From positions 32,019,394-32,083,393 of the forward strand of contig NC_081365.1 of the NCBI RefSeq assembly GCF_030684315.1: a stretch of DNA of 64,000 nt. Direction: 5' to 3'. Shown piece by piece: positions 49,420 to 63,239 of the stretch. Source of the DNA: Stegostoma tigrinum (Eukaryota). Position 1 is the stretch's first letter, and every line of letters begins with the position of its first letter. Made by a program: the position numbers and the translations under genes. The notes under the pieces were generated by a model, which searched no databases, was not told where the DNA came from, and saw only the letters and a program-made list of their open reading frames with translations.

Positions 49420-52190
49420 AGACTGTGAGAGATATGAATAGGAGTAGACTATTTGGTCCCTCATGACTGTTCTGCCATTCAATAGGCTCATGGCTGGTCA
49501 AACAGTCCTCATGTCCAGTTTTCAGCCATTCCCCGTAACCCTTGATTCCCGACAGGTCAATGACATATCTATCTCAGCTTAAGTGTACACAAGGCCTCTG
49601 CCCCAATAACTCTGTGACAAGTTATTCTAAAGACTCACAGCTCAGAGTAGAAATTTCTCTTCATCTTGGTCTCAAATTGGTGCCTCTTTATTTTGACATT
49701 ATGCCCTCTTACATAAGAGCCAGGAGCAGGAGTAGGCCATCTGGCCCTTGGAGCTCACTCCACCATTCAATAAGATCATGGTTGATCCTGTCATAGCCAG
49801 CTCCACTTACCCATCCTTTCACCATAGCCTTTAACTCCTTTACTGTTCAAAAATGATCTTAGTTTTAAAAATATTCAATGAGGAAGCCTTGACTACTTCA
49901 CTGGGCAGGGAATTCCACAGATTCACTACCTTTTGGTAGAACAGGCTCCTCCTCAATTCAGTCTAAATCTGCTACCCCTAATTTTGAGGCTATGCCCTCT
50001 TGTTCCAGTTTTAACCATCAGTGGAAACATCCTCTCTGCTTTTATCTTATCTATCCCTTCTCTTGTCCTAGACCGTCTCATGAGAAAAAAAAACATGGTC
50101 TCAGCATTTATCCAGTCAAGAAATTAAAGATCTGATATCTTTCAATAAAATCACATCTCAGTCTTCTAAATAGTCCCAACCTATTTAGCCTTTGCTCAGA
50201 AGAAAATCCCTCTATACCAGGGATCATCCTAGTGAATGTTCGAGGAACTGCCTACAAAATGAGACTTTCCCCAAATAAGGGAAATACTGCTCTCAGTGTG
50301 GTCTCACCAACAATCTGTATTTGTGCAGTGAGGCTTCCCTACTATTACACTCCAACTTTTTGAAATAAGGGCCATCCTGATTACCTGCTGTACCTGTGTG
50401 CTGGCTTTCTGTGTTTCATGTACATGTACCTCCAAGTCCCTTTGTGCTGCAGCTTTCTGTTGTTTATCTCCACGTAAATAATATTCTCCCTTCCACAATG
50501 AACAACCTCGCATTTTCCCACATTATCCTTCATTTGTTAACTTTTTGCCCACTTAACCTATCAATAGCTCCCGGTAAACTATTTGTATCCATCTTGCAAC
50601 TTGCCTTTCCATTTATTTTTGTGTCACCTTCAAATTTGGCTACAGCACATTTACTTCCTTCCTAAATCATTAATATATACTTTAAACAGTTGCAGTCCCA
50701 GCACTGGTCTCTATGAGACTCACAGGTCACAGTTCACAAACCTTGAAAAGAACCCCTTATCCCTATCTACTGTTTCCTGCGCACTAGCCAATTCTCTATC
50801 CATACCAATATACTACCTCTAATACCACAGGCTCTTATTTTATGACTTAACCTTTTGAGAGGTACCTTGTCAACTTTCTTGTGGAAGTCCAGAAACATGT
50901 CCACTAGTTCCCATCCATCCACTCTGGTTGAGTCTTCCTCGAAACAAATTAATTAGTTAGACGTATCACCCTTACACGAAGCCATGCTTACGCTGATTAA
51001 TTAGATTGTGTTTTTCTAGATGCGAGCTGTTGCTTTCTCAGTAATTAATTCCAACATTTTTCCAACTATGGACATTAGCTAATCTACCTATTGTTTCCAG
51101 CTTTCCGCCTCATTCCTTTTTGGATAGGGGTGTTTCATTAGCAGTTTTGCTATCATCTGGTACTTTACCAGAATCCAAGGATTTTTGCAAAATTACAGCC
51201 AATGCGTCAATTATCTCTGTGCCTACCTCATTTGGGATCCTAAGATGCAAGCCAGCAGGGCCACGGGACTTAACTGCCTTTAACCCTGTGAGTTTGTCTA
51301 ATATGGAGATAACACAAAGTGGAGCTAGAGGAACACAGCAGGACAGCCAGCATCGGAGGAGCAGGAAAGTGGACGTTTTGGATTGAGACCCTTCTTCAGA
51401 TACTACTTTTCACAATCATTTTTATTAATCGGATGTTAGAAGTATCTTCCAGAACAGGCCTCGCCAATGTCCTGTATAGCCTCAACATGACCTCCCAACT
51501 TCTATACTCAAAGCACTAAGCAGTGAAGGCAAGCACGCTGAACTTTTCTCACCATTCTGTCTGTATGTGACTCAAACTTCAAGGAATTATGTACCTTAAC
51601 ACTTAGGTTGCTCAGTTCTAAAATACTACCCAAGGTCCTACTTTTAACTGCAGTAGTCCTGCCCTTGTTTGTTGGGCCAAAATGCAATACTTCCGATTTA
51701 TTCAGACTGAACCCCATCCATCATTTTTCAGCTGATTGACCCATTTTATCAAGATTCCTTTGTAATCTTAGAAAAACTTCCTCACCATCTACAATGTCAC
51801 CAATTTTGGTGTCATCCACAAAGTTATTAACCATGCCTTCTATATTCTCATCCAAATCATTTATATAAATGACAAACAAAAGAGGAGCCAGAACTGATCC
51901 CTGTGACAGGCCTCCAGTCCGAAAAACAATCCTCCATCACCCTCTCCGGCCATAAAGCCAATTTTCCAGTTGGCAAGTTCTCCCTGAAGTCTATGTGACC
52001 TAACTTTACTAATTAGTCTACCAAGCGGAACCAAGTCAAAGGCTTTACTAAAGTCTAAGTAAGTAAAATCGACTGCTTTACCCTCAATCTTTTTGGTAAC
52101 TTCCTTAAAAAACTCTAGTTTGAGAGAAATAATTTTCTTTGCACAAAATCATGCTGACAATTCCTAAATCAATTTTTGCCCCTTCAAATA
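49420..52190 (-). mobile_element. Nested CR1 fragments with a Penelope-end fragment at 51307-51400
   Basis: Minus ORFs QRDLEVHVHETQKASTQVQQVIR and KSEVLHFGPTNKGR. Confidence 0.8.
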
Positions 52191-52194
52191 TCTG

Positions 52195-53575
52195 CGCAAT
52201 TTTCCCCATTGTCAGGTAGATGCCAGGGTTGTAAGCTTGGCTAGGGGAACAGCAAGTTCTGGAGCAAAGGTCTTCAGTATTATTGATGGAGTGTTGTCAG
52301 GACCCGTGACCTCTGCAGCTTCCAGTGCCTCCAACTGTTTTGATATCATGCAGAGTGAATCGAATTGGCTGAAGACTGATACCTGTGATAACAGGGACCG
52401 CTGAAGGAGGCCGAGATGGTTCATCACCTCAGTACGTCTGGCTGAAGTTTGCTGTGAAAGTTTCAGCCTTACATTTGCACTGATGTGCTGGGTTCTTCCA
52501 TCATTGAAGATGGGGATATTTATGGAGCTTCCAGCTCCAGTGAGTTTTCCCATCATCATTCACGATTGGATATGGCAAGGCTGTGGAGCTGAGATCTGAT
52601 CTGTTCGTTGTAGGAAAACTTAGCTCTGTCTATCATTTGCTGCTTACACAAGGTTGGCATGCAAGTAGCCCCGTTTGGTTATTTGGTTGTTTTAAGGTAT
52701 GCTGGGTACTGCTCCTGGCAAGCCCTCCCCCATTGTCCACTGAACCAGGTGTGATGCCCTGCTTTGATGGTAATAGTTAAGTGAGGTATATGTTGAGCCA
52801 TGAGGTTACAGATTTGTACTGGAGTACATTTCTGCTGATGATGGCCCACAATGTCGAATGGATGCCCAGTCTTGAGTTGCTGGATGAATTTCAAGTCTGT
52901 CCCATTTATTATGGTGAGAATGCCATGCAACATGGAGGGAATTTGCAATGTGAAGATTGTCATTCTCACCAACAATGTCATTTACAGAAGCGCCTGCAGC
53001 CATCATATCGCTAAGGAAGGGTCGAGTATGTTTTTCCCTTCAGTTGGTTCCCTCACCATCTGTCACAGACCCAGTCTAGCAGCTATGTCCTTTCGGACCC
53101 AACGATCTTAATTATTAACGCTGCTGCCGAGCCACTCTTGGCGATGGATGTTGCAATCTCCCTCCCAGAATGAGTGTCATACTCAGCACTTCCTCCAAAC
53201 ATTGGTCAACATTGACAAAGTACTGATTCATTAGCCGAGGGTGGGTAGCACATGGTAGTCAGCAGGTGGTTTCCTTGCCCATCTCTAACCTGAAGCCATG
53301 AGACTTCATGGGGTTTGGGGGCATTGTCAAAGACTCTCAGTGCAATTCCCTCCCAACTATAAAACACAGCACTGCCAACACTGTTGGGTCTGTCCTGTCA
53401 TTGGAGCACGACATAACCACATGTGATGATGGTGGTGCTTGGGACATGGTCTGTGAGGTATCGATTCCATGAGCATGACTACCTCAGGCCATTGTTTGAC
53501 TGGTCTGAGACAGCTCTCCCAGTTTTGGCACTAGCCCCCAGATGTTAGTAAGGAGGACTTTGCAGGGTTGACAGA
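52195..53575 (-). mobile_element. Second copy of the ORF1-less LINE (APE-linker region, head missing)
   Basis: Colinear with 15440-16890 (LKTFAPELAVPLAKL, ICNLMAQHIPH, ggcactagcccccagatgttag). Confidence 0.85.
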
Positions 53576-53949
53576 ACATCTCATTCCCAACACTGGCAAT
53601 TACTTTACCAAGGGGAGTGGAAGTAAATTGTACAGAAATTTATAAAGTACGCCTGTTTTACTTCTATATGAAGTACAATGAGATTATGTGAAAGTAGTTA
53701 ACAATTACTGTCATTAACATTTAAAAAAAAATAAAGATGAACTCCTATTTCATTCAACTCAGAGATAGTATAGTGGTACTTCATATTATTGATCTGAATG
53801 CAAGACAGACAAGGGGTACTTCTTTCTCCAATATTGTCCTTTCTCCAGTTCTGCAGATTAAAAATCGCCAATTTATATCTACAATGAATCAGAATGAATG
53901 AAGCAACTGACCCCTGCAGAAAAGCAGGATTCTGTCTTTCACTCCTGTT

Positions 53950-55600
53950 TTGTGTGAGATTAACAGGTTTCAACTGTGGCAGAGGCACGGTGCTACAGAT
54001 GGCCTCAGACAATTTGGTTAGAGAATGGTAGATTAATCAGAATTCTTAAATCAATAAACCCAGCTGGAAATGAAAGAGAGAAATTTGGATTCTATATCCC
54101 AACTCTCAAAATCATGGCACATCCCCTGCTGGATGGGGAACCCGAAGGAATCTGGCAGAAACAAAAATTATAGATCAGCAAGGAGTCAACGTCTTCAAAG
54201 ACTTGAGGTAAGAAGTAGAATTGTTGTAGAGAAAAACTTATCAATAATTTTAAACTTAATTTGGTCCAATGAAAGATGTCTTTGTAAAGCTAATGAAATT
54301 GTGCTGGAAACAGAAACTAGGAAGATGCATAAACAAATCCTGAGGATTTGACAATCTAACAACTGGAAATCATCAGAATCTATCCATTTTATAAGGTAGA
54401 AACACTCAAAAAATATACAGTCACAAGTCAACACAAAAGGTAGGCAACAGCAGATACTAAGAGTCAGCATCAGCGCTGTGGAACAGAAAAGCCTCACAAG
54501 CACAAGCAGCATGCAGCTCTGATAAAAGAAAGCTACACCTGTAAAACTATAAGGCACCTCCAGAAGATGTGCAGGAGTAGGGCTCTGTTTCAGAGCAGCA
54601 ATAGTGGTGGAGGCTTTCCGTGTAAAGAGTGTGATACTGTAATCGCCACGAGAAAAGGTACCAGAAGAATTGAGGGGAAATTAGTGATTCAACTGACCTC
54701 TGTTTGATAGAACTTTTTTTATATATGAATGGAGCTCGTTAATTTAAGATTGGTACAAGAAAAAAGTGTCACTGTCCTACCCAATCAAATACTATGACTG
54801 AAATAGCAAAAATTATACCTACCGAGACGAGACTACATGCTGCACTTAGAATAGCCCTCAAGAGCAAAGTTATGTTGCAAGTAACATTGCAACAGAAGAG
54901 GCACAAAAGTTGATCATGTTTATATGATCTGCGATCAACAGTTTCCGATTTTGAGTTTGCAGATGTGACTCGATCACAGTATCCTTGCAGAAGCAGGTTT
55001 TCAACAAGTTCCAAGAGAATTACTGATTCAGAAACAAGGCATTGCTCACCACTTGATAAGAGCAATTGGAGACCGATTTCATGAGCTTCCTAGATTCATG
55101 ACAGAGCCCAGAAAGGAGAGATACTTGATTGAGACTACCCAAGTTAGCAGAAGACAAATTGTTTCACACTGTCAACAAAAAGGAAGCTGCAGAACCTACA
55201 GGGTTCGTGGAAATGTTTTCTATTCCTGCTGCAGAAGAAAATGCAGAAGACAAAAATCAGCAAAATGTAACAGCAAAAGCAAATACTGACAGCAAGAATG
55301 AGCTGCACAACTCAGTTGACTCATTGACAAATCTTTGAATGAAATTGTTCTGAAACAATATCAGATCTCTGAACAAATTGACTAAACAAATTTGACTTTG
55401 ATGCCGGAGGATGAATTGACACAAGGTCGAGAGTGCCATTTCAATCCTTTGTGTTTCAAGAAAGAATTGTCAGCACCAGTGTTAAAAAAAAGCTAAGTGA
55501 GCAACAATCATCTCGTACCGCAACTGAGGATGTGAAAATGTCTGGTCTACCAGGAGGACAACTATGTGGGTCAAAGTTGAGAAAAAAGATAAGGCGTGGC
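53950..55600 (+). mobile_element. Decayed Ty3/Gypsy LTR retrotransposon gag-protease region
   Basis: QRCGTEKPH...ALIKESYTCKTIRHLQKMCRSR (about 54470-54580) resembles a double zinc knuckle. MNGAR*FKIGTRKK (about 54725-54765) resembles the aspartic protease motif NG..V.FKIDTGA. Many stops and frameshifts. Confidence 0.6.
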
Positions 55601-55609
55601 ACGATAGCT

Positions 55610-56640
55610 CATAAAAGGTTGCGAGGTGACCTGACAGAGGTCTATAACATTATGAGAGATGTGGATAAGGTGAATAGCAAAGGCCTTTTCCCTGGGGTAG
55701 GGGAGTTAAAAACTGGCGGGCATAATTTTAAGGTGAAACAGGAAAGGTTTAAAATGGACCTGATGGGCAACCTTTTCAAACAGAGGGTGATTCTTATTTG
55801 GAATTAAGTGGTAGATGCCGGCACAATTCTAGATTCGTAGAATCCCTACAATGTGGAAACAGGCCCTTTGGACCAACAAGTCCACACCGACCCTTGGAGC
55901 ATTCCCCCCTGACCTATCCCCCTATAACCCACTTAATCTACACATCCCTGAACACTACGGGCAATTTAGCCTGGACAATCCGCCTAACCTGCACATTTGC
56001 GAACTGAGCCAGAGGAAACCCACACAGAGAGAATGTGCAAATTCCACACAGACAGTCACCCAAGGGTGGAATCAAAAGGGTCCCTGGAGCTGTGAGGCAG
56101 CAGTGCTAACCACTGAGCCACTGTGCCACCCTGACAGTTGCAAATTTTAAAAGATATTGGACAGGTACTTGGATAGGAAAGGTTTAGAGGGATATGTGCC
56201 AAACGCAGACAAATTTAGTTTGGGAAATTTGCTCGGCATGGTCAAGATGAACTGAAGGGTCTGTTTCTGTGCTGTAAGACTCTCTGACTCTGGAAGTTCG
56301 TTCCACACACAAAACCACTCCCTGCGTAAAATGTTTGCACCTCATGTTTTTTTTAAATCTTTCACCTCTCACCTTAAAATATGCCCCCAATCTTGAAATC
56401 ACACCACCCTAGAAAAAGAAGACCTGCCACTTATCTTATCTCTACCCGTCATGATTTTATAAATCTCTATAAAGATCACCCCTGAATCTCCTATGCTCTG
56501 GTGATAAAAGTCCCAGCCTATCCAGCCTCTCCTTATAACTCAAACCCTCCAATCCTGGTGACATCCTGGTAAATCTTTTCTGAACTTTCTCACCTTAATA
56601 ATATCCTTCCTATAACAGGGTGAGCAGAACTGGACTGCCT
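55610..56640. mobile_element. CR1 3' end (+) with nested V-SINE (55832-56130, -) abutting a second CR1 (-)
   Basis: RLRGDLTEVYNIMRDVDKV; SINE head on the minus strand; minus-strand FKVRGERFKK. Confidence 0.85.
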
Positions 56641-58789
56641 GAAATTCTCCAATGATGTCCATTTAAATTGAAGATTTCATAGGGTTCAAGTGAAATTTGG
56701 CAAAAGTTAGACGGTTATGTTTAATTCCTGGATATCCATTCAACTGACTACCAGATTACTTCAACCACACCTCCTCAGCCCATTACACCCCCGACCTGAC
56801 AACTCCTCTCCCACCAGGCAACCACACTGAATGCTTCTGTGAAAGAGTAAGTATGTAAGATTTGGATGCTGGGAAGGTAAGGTGGCAAGAAGGAATAGGT
56901 AAGTGATGGAGTGATAGGGTAGGATGGGAGATATAGGGTCTGGTGGGACCGGGAGAGTGGTGGCGTTGGTCCTGTGTGGAGGAGGGGTGTGTGTGGAAAG
57001 GTAGTGCAGGCATGGAGAATGGGGCCCAGCTGTGGGTCAGGTCCAGAGCAGGGGGAGGATGTTGGTGCTGGGTGTGGGAGTGGAGGTGGTTTTGTTTGTT
57101 CCAGAGTGGGAGAGAGGGTTTCATCTCTGGAGTAGATTATACTGGGTAGGGAGTGGGAGAGGGGAACTCGGGTCTAAAAAGTGGAGGAGGAGAGTTTAGG
57201 GTCCAGAGTGGGGGAGGGTGGGTACGGTTTCAGAGCACGAGAGGGAGTGGCCTTAATTGGTGGGTGTAGAGGGATGTTGCGTTCACAGCAAGGGAGCTCT
57301 TGTCATTGGATAAACATATGGATGATAATGGAATAGTGTAGATTAGATGGCCTTCAGATTGGTTTTACAGATTGGAGCGACATTGAGGGCCGAAGGGCCT
57401 GTACTGCGCTGTATTGTTCTATGTTCTATGTGTGTGGCAATCTGCCCAAGATTCCCATCCCTCGGAAAGTCCAATGCTGATAGTAATCAAATAGGGAGGA
57501 GATAACAGTACGGAGCTGGAGAAACACAGCAGGCCAGGCAGCATCAAAGGAGCAGGAACATTGACAATTTGGGTTGGGACTCTTCTTCAGAAATGTAGGG
57601 GAGGAAGGGAGCATCTGCAGACTGCAGCATCTGCAGTTCTTGCTATCTCTGACTGAATGGGGAAGAAGACTGCTACCTCTGTACATGGCTTAGTGCCATT
57701 GAAGTTAGTAGTAACAATTGTGCAGCTAATCATATATAGTCCATTCAGTAATTTTTAAATTTAATTCCTGTCTCTCCAGTGAAAAAGACTTCCCTTCTCT
57801 GAAAATTCAGCCAAGGCAACATAAGGAAAAACACTCAGCAAATTTTTGTTTAGCTTTCAACCTGACAACTCCAATTTAGATAATGAAAACTGCAATAGAA
57901 GGTGTGAATAGTTAGGTCTCACTTAAAGTGAGAAGCTGGGTCATCTCTGAATCAGGAACTTGAATTACATCTGCTTGTTTCCGAGCCGATAGGCTTTGGG
58001 TTTGTAAACAAGGTCACTTTCCAAATTGGGCAGCTGGCTTACTTTGATCTGCATATCTATATTTTCTGTTGACAGGACAGTACTTGGTCAAATGGAAAGC
58101 AATATCAGACAGCTTCTCAGGAAGCATTTCAACACTGTGCGTTATAAGCATAGTGTTCATGGATCACCTCAGATATCATGGTCTCATGCAACATTCTTTT
58201 AAAAAATAGAATTTTTAAAAATCTATTTTAAAATGCACACATGTTCATTCGTGAGCAATTTTGTATTCAGTAAATAAATTTAAGTGGAAACTCTAGATAA
58301 AAACATAACTTTTCAAAATGAGCACAAGTTTAGGTACAGTTTAGGTGGTGGTTATAGTTAGTGAAGGTCTAGTGTCTTAACCAGAGGGGATCACTGCAGG
58401 AGTCCTGCAGGCTAAGTTCCTGAACACAAATCATCTTCATCAACCTTAACAATGACCCTTCTTCCATCATATAAACAGGAGCAGAAAAGCTTGCTGATGT
58501 TTACATAGTTTTCAGGACTATATGAGACTTGCCAGATAGTCAAGTAGACCAATATTGTTCATGGCCAACATCCAGACTTGTGCTGACAAGTGGTAAGTGA
58601 TATTCATGCCGCACAAATGCCAGACATTGTACATCTCCAAAAAGAGAGAATCTAGTGACAGGCCCTTGTCATTCAGTGGCATTTCCACTACTGAATCCTC
58701 CATTATCAACATCCTGGGAGGATAGCATTGACCAGAAAATGAACTGGAACAAAGATATAAATACTTGCCGACAAGAGTTCTTCTGCATT

Positions 58790-60565
58790 TTAGCCGGAAG
58801 GGTAGTGAAACAGAATATTATTTAAGTGGAGAAAGACCCCAAGTCTGCAGCATAGCAGGACTTGGGGGCCTCAGCCATAAAAACCAAAAAGCTAGCTTCT
58901 AAATTCAGCAGATAATAGGGAAGAACATTGGAATGTTTTCCTTTATTTCAAAGGAATGGATTATAAAAATAGGGAGGATTTACTAAAATTATAGAAGGCA
59001 CCAGTCATACTAGAACTAGAATATCATGAACAGTTCTGGTCTCCTTATCTAAAGGTAAGATATACTGGCAATGCAGAGAATGCTCATGAGGTCGATCCTG
59101 GGTATAGAGGGATTTTTCATAGGGAGAGGTTGAGTAGGTTTGGCTTGTACTTGTTGGAGTTCAGAGAAATGAAATGTTACCTTATTGAAACATATACATT
59201 TCTTAGAGATAAATGCTGAAGAGTTGTTACTCTTTTAAAAGAGACTAAAAACAGAAAGCATTATCTCAGAATAAGTGGTCGCCCATTTAAGGGAGAGATG
59301 AGGAGGAATTGCTTCTCTCCAAAGGTAGTGAATCTGTGGAGTTCTTTACTACATACATCTGTAGATTCAGTCTTGTTAAATATATTCAAAGCTGAGATTT
59401 TTAATCATTAAGAGGATCAAGGGTTATGGAGAAAAGGCAGGAAAGTAGAGTTGAGTAATATAGAAACATAGAAGATACGAGGAGGAGGTGGCTGTTCGGC
59501 CCTTCAACCTACTCTGCCATTCTTCACCATCATGGCTGATCGTCCAACTCAATCGCCTAATCCTGCATTTGCCCTAAAATCTCCCATTCACCCAAGTGCT
59601 ATATCTAGCTGCCTTTTGAATTCATTTAATGTTTTGGCATCAACTACTTCCTTTGGTAGTGAATTTCAAAGATTCACCACTCTTTGGTGAAGAAATGTCT
59701 CCTCATCTCTGTCCTAAATAGTCTACCCTGAATCCTCATACAGCGACCCCTGGATCTGGGCACACCCACTATCGGGAACATCCTCCCTGCAACTACCCTG
59801 TCTAGTCCTGTTAGAATTTTATAAGTCTCTATGAGATCCCCTCCAATTCGTCTGAAATCCAGCAAAAACAACCCTAACCTGGCCGATCTCTCCTCAAATA
59901 TCAGTCCAGCCATCCCTGGAATCAACCTGGCAAACCTTCGCTACACTCCATTGACAGCAAGAACATCCTTCCTCAGAAAAGGAGGCCAAAACTGCCCAAG
60001 TGTTGTCTCACCAAGGCCCTGTATGAAGGCAACAGCACATTTCTGCTCCTGTACTCAAAGCCTCTTGCAATGACCTTCCCTACTGCCTACTGCATCTGCG
60101 TGCTTACCTTCAACAACTGGTGCATAGGGACACCCAGGTCCTGCTGCATACTCCCCTCTCCCAACTTACAGCTTTTCAGGTAGTAACCTGCCTTCTTGTT
60201 TCTGCTTCCAAAGTGAATGACCTCACATTTATCCAAATTATACTGCATTTGCCATTAATTTGTCCACTCACCCAACCTGTCCAGATCGTAAAATTCCCAG
60301 AGTATGGAAACAGGCCGCTCAGCCCAATAAGTCCACACCGGCCCTCTGGAGAACATCCCACCCAAAACCAACTCCCTATGCTTTCCCTGTAACCCTGCAT
60401 TTTCCACAGCTAACGCAGCTAACTTAAACATTCCTGAACATTCTGGGCAATTTAACATGGCCAATTCACCTAGCCTACACATCTTTAGACTGTGGGAGGA
60501 AACCAGAGCACCTGACAGAAACACACACAGACACAGTAAGAATGTCTAAACTCCACACAGACAGT
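58790..60565. mobile_element. Tail-to-tail CR1 fragments (+ 58790-59460; - 59462-60290) and V-SINE (- 60290-60565)
   Basis: MIPGMAGLIFEERSARLGLF...GDLIETYKIL on the minus strand; V-domain on the minus strand. Confidence 0.8.
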
Positions 60566-62550
60566 CTGGACTATCCAGTGACACTCATATCCCATGAATG
60601 AACAAAAATTTTCAACAGAATCACCAATTGTGGCAAAAAGGGATGTGTTACCCAATTTTTCAGTCTAGTTTAAACATATCAGAGATTTTAACAGCAGATT
60701 GAAATTTCAGAAACTTCTTTGGTGAAGTTTCTGGGGCCAGTTTGAGTGAAGTTAGTAAATTGTATAAATTTTAATCTAGATAATTGGAAAATCTCTCATA
60801 AAACAAACATTTTATTAGAAAAAATACTTCCCGATTGCTACAAGAATTATTTACGTTAAACAAAATCTGGAAATTTGCAGAAAAATCATTCTTTTTAATC
60901 TGATCTCTGCTGGATGGAATTGCTGATGTACATTTCTGAATTATGAGTAAATTGTCTCTATAGAACACTAAATGCTTGAAATGTGGACGCTATAAATATA
61001 GCTCAGAAATGCACGATTCACTTTCATGGCAGCAACAATGTTTAAATTTAAAGAGCTGAAAATACTTTGGTGGAATGTGACAGTTTTTCAGCTAAGTGTC
61101 AATTCATTCAAGTTTCAGAGGGTTTCTCTCCACGAAGCTTAGTGAGTTTTCTTGCCACTCTCACTTCATTAACTCCCCAGCCCAACACACAGCACCCCTC
61201 TCAGCCAATTCTACTCTTATTCCATCATCCACTGTTCCCAAAAGAACTCATTGGATATTCCTTGAAGTCCGATATCCCTGGCACCCACGCAGTCTTAGAA
61301 AGCTGTGCACCTAGACAAATATTGGCAATCTGGTATTGCCCAGTGACTGGCAATAAGAGGGCACAGCAGACATAAAACCACCCTGACCATAGCATGTAGC
61401 TGTTGTGGTTCACACTCCCTGGCAGTATGATGGCATTTTATTATTCTAGTCACTGTTTAGTACATGGTCTACCTGACTATAGATACATCTTGTCATCCAG
61501 CCTCTGCAAGCCACCACTACTCTGTTCCTAATGTCCACTGTAGACCTATATCTTGTCATTAAGTATCCGGGGACCATGACATACAGGCAAGTAATTAGAC
61601 GATTCCAAAGATGAACTTGAATTAGCAGCTGGCAAAAGGGAACGCGACAAAACTACATACAAGCAGAGGTTTATCCCCGCAAACAAAATGCTGGAATGAC
61701 AACCAACAGCTATTTTGCAGTTCACAATTGTCTGCCAACCCCAGTCCTCATCTCTCAGCTGGGGTGTCAACTACGATCTGTCAGGCTTGTCGCACACCCA
61801 CAGCTGAGATCTGTCATCGACAAGGAGAACTTCTTCCAGTTCAACGCCTTTATCTTTATCCTGATCCTCAGACAACTTCGCCTGATCCCTCAGTACATCA
61901 GCATCTATCGCATCACCTCATTGCAGTACAAAACATGCTAGGATGATGTGGCACACTATATGTACTATCACCCCAGCCCAGACTGATCTAAGTACTGGAA
62001 TCTTATCTTCAGCAGTCCCTTTTCACCTGCTTATCCACAGCCCTGGTCAAAGGATGGGCAGCAGGTTATCGGCAATCCAGCCAGGGATTACACAATAGTG
62101 TCATGAAGCATAATCACAGTGGGTATCCCTTGGGTCCCAGTAACCAACCTTGTATGGTTCCTGGGCCCTAAAATAAATAAGATTCACAAGGGTGTTCCAG
62201 CAACATGAGTTAATGCAGCTGCCATGGTGGTGGGCATGCACTTCCAGGAAGTGGTAATGATGATCACAGATCACTGGAACATCAATGAAATGGAAGCCTT
62301 TCCACAATGTTGTGATATGGCCCTTTCAGTGCCATGAGCAGTCAATGGCACCCTGCACTTTGAGGCTGGCCGATATGTTCCTGACCCCTGTTTCCTCGGC
62401 TTTACTGTTCACCTCAACATCGGGGAAGGAAAATGAACCAGTGTCACCTTGAGTAGATAGCATTGGCCATTGTCTTGTTCCCATAAATGTGAGAGATCCC
62501 TTCAGGTTGCCCATCGCTCCTTGTAAGAAGCCAATTACATAAAAGCTTAA

Positions 62551-62775
62551 GATAATAAAATGTGAGGCTGGATGAACACAGCAGGCCAAGCAGCATCTCA
62601 GGAGCACAAAAGCTGACGTTTCGGGCCTAGACCCTTCATCAGAGGTGATGAAGGGTCTAGGCCCGAAACGTCAGCTTTTGTGCTCCTGAGATGCTGCTTG
62701 GCCTGCTGTGTTCATCCAGCCTCACATTTTATTATCTTGGAATCTCCAGCATCTGCAGTTCCCATTATCTCTCTC
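62551..62775. mobile_element. Minimal Penelope-derived hairpin element
   Basis: Perfect 93-bp inverted repeat (62549-62641 / 62646-62738, loop gagg); 15-bp TSD tacataaaagcttaa at 62536-62550 and 62776-62790. Confidence 0.93.
62615..62642 (-). ncRNA. Minimal hammerhead-ribozyme-like motif (CUGAUGA-stem II-GAAACGUC)
   Basis: The minus strand reads CTGATGAagggtctaggcccGAAACGTC. The same core is intact at 13995-14022 (+) and 13357-13384 (-). Stem I is only about 2 bp, so activity is uncertain. Confidence 0.6.
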
Positions 62776-63239
62776 TACATAAAAGCTTAAAGCAGCTTTT
62801 GTCTTCACAGTCACTAGGAGGAGACAATGGCCTTCTACTTCTGCGACCCTCAGGTCCTGCTCCAACATCTGATACAGTTCCATCACAGTGCCCTGGGGCA
62901 TACAATGCTGTGCCTTTCTCATCCCCAAGAAAGAGAGTCAGGGCACTTCCTTAGGGAGGCATCCACAGCAACCAACATTCCACCTATAACAAGGTACATG
63001 ACACTTGCTATGACCTAGGTAGAGAACATAAGAAATAAAAGATGTTCTTACCTCTGAGGATAGTCAGTGATAGCATACCCTGTAGATGCAAGCTGCACAC
63101 ACTCAGCCACACAGTGAGACCCACAGCACCCTGATAATGAGGGCCATGTCTCCATCTTTCATCCATCTTCAGCCTTAGCATGTGCACCAATTTGGTGAAG
63201 GTTCTGCATCAGCTGAGTGACCAACACATTTTGTAAACA

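Larger units (their letters stand above)
61990..63200 (-). mobile_element. Decayed PIF/Harbinger (HARBI1-like DDE) transposase
   Basis: Minus peptides TVMELYQMLEQDL...GHCLLLVTVKTKAALSFY / IGFLQGAMGNL / VQGAIDCSWH / KGFHFIDVPVICDH...HHHGSC follow the Harbinger order KV.AAL.FYA.GSFQ, GxIDCTH, NRKGFHSxNVQxVCD, PGSxHD. Confidence 0.8.

Noticed and set aside
58076-58210. Strong acceptor followed by QYLVKWK (chromodomain-like)
   Set aside because: The rest of the chromodomain motif is absent and there is no supporting exon chain.
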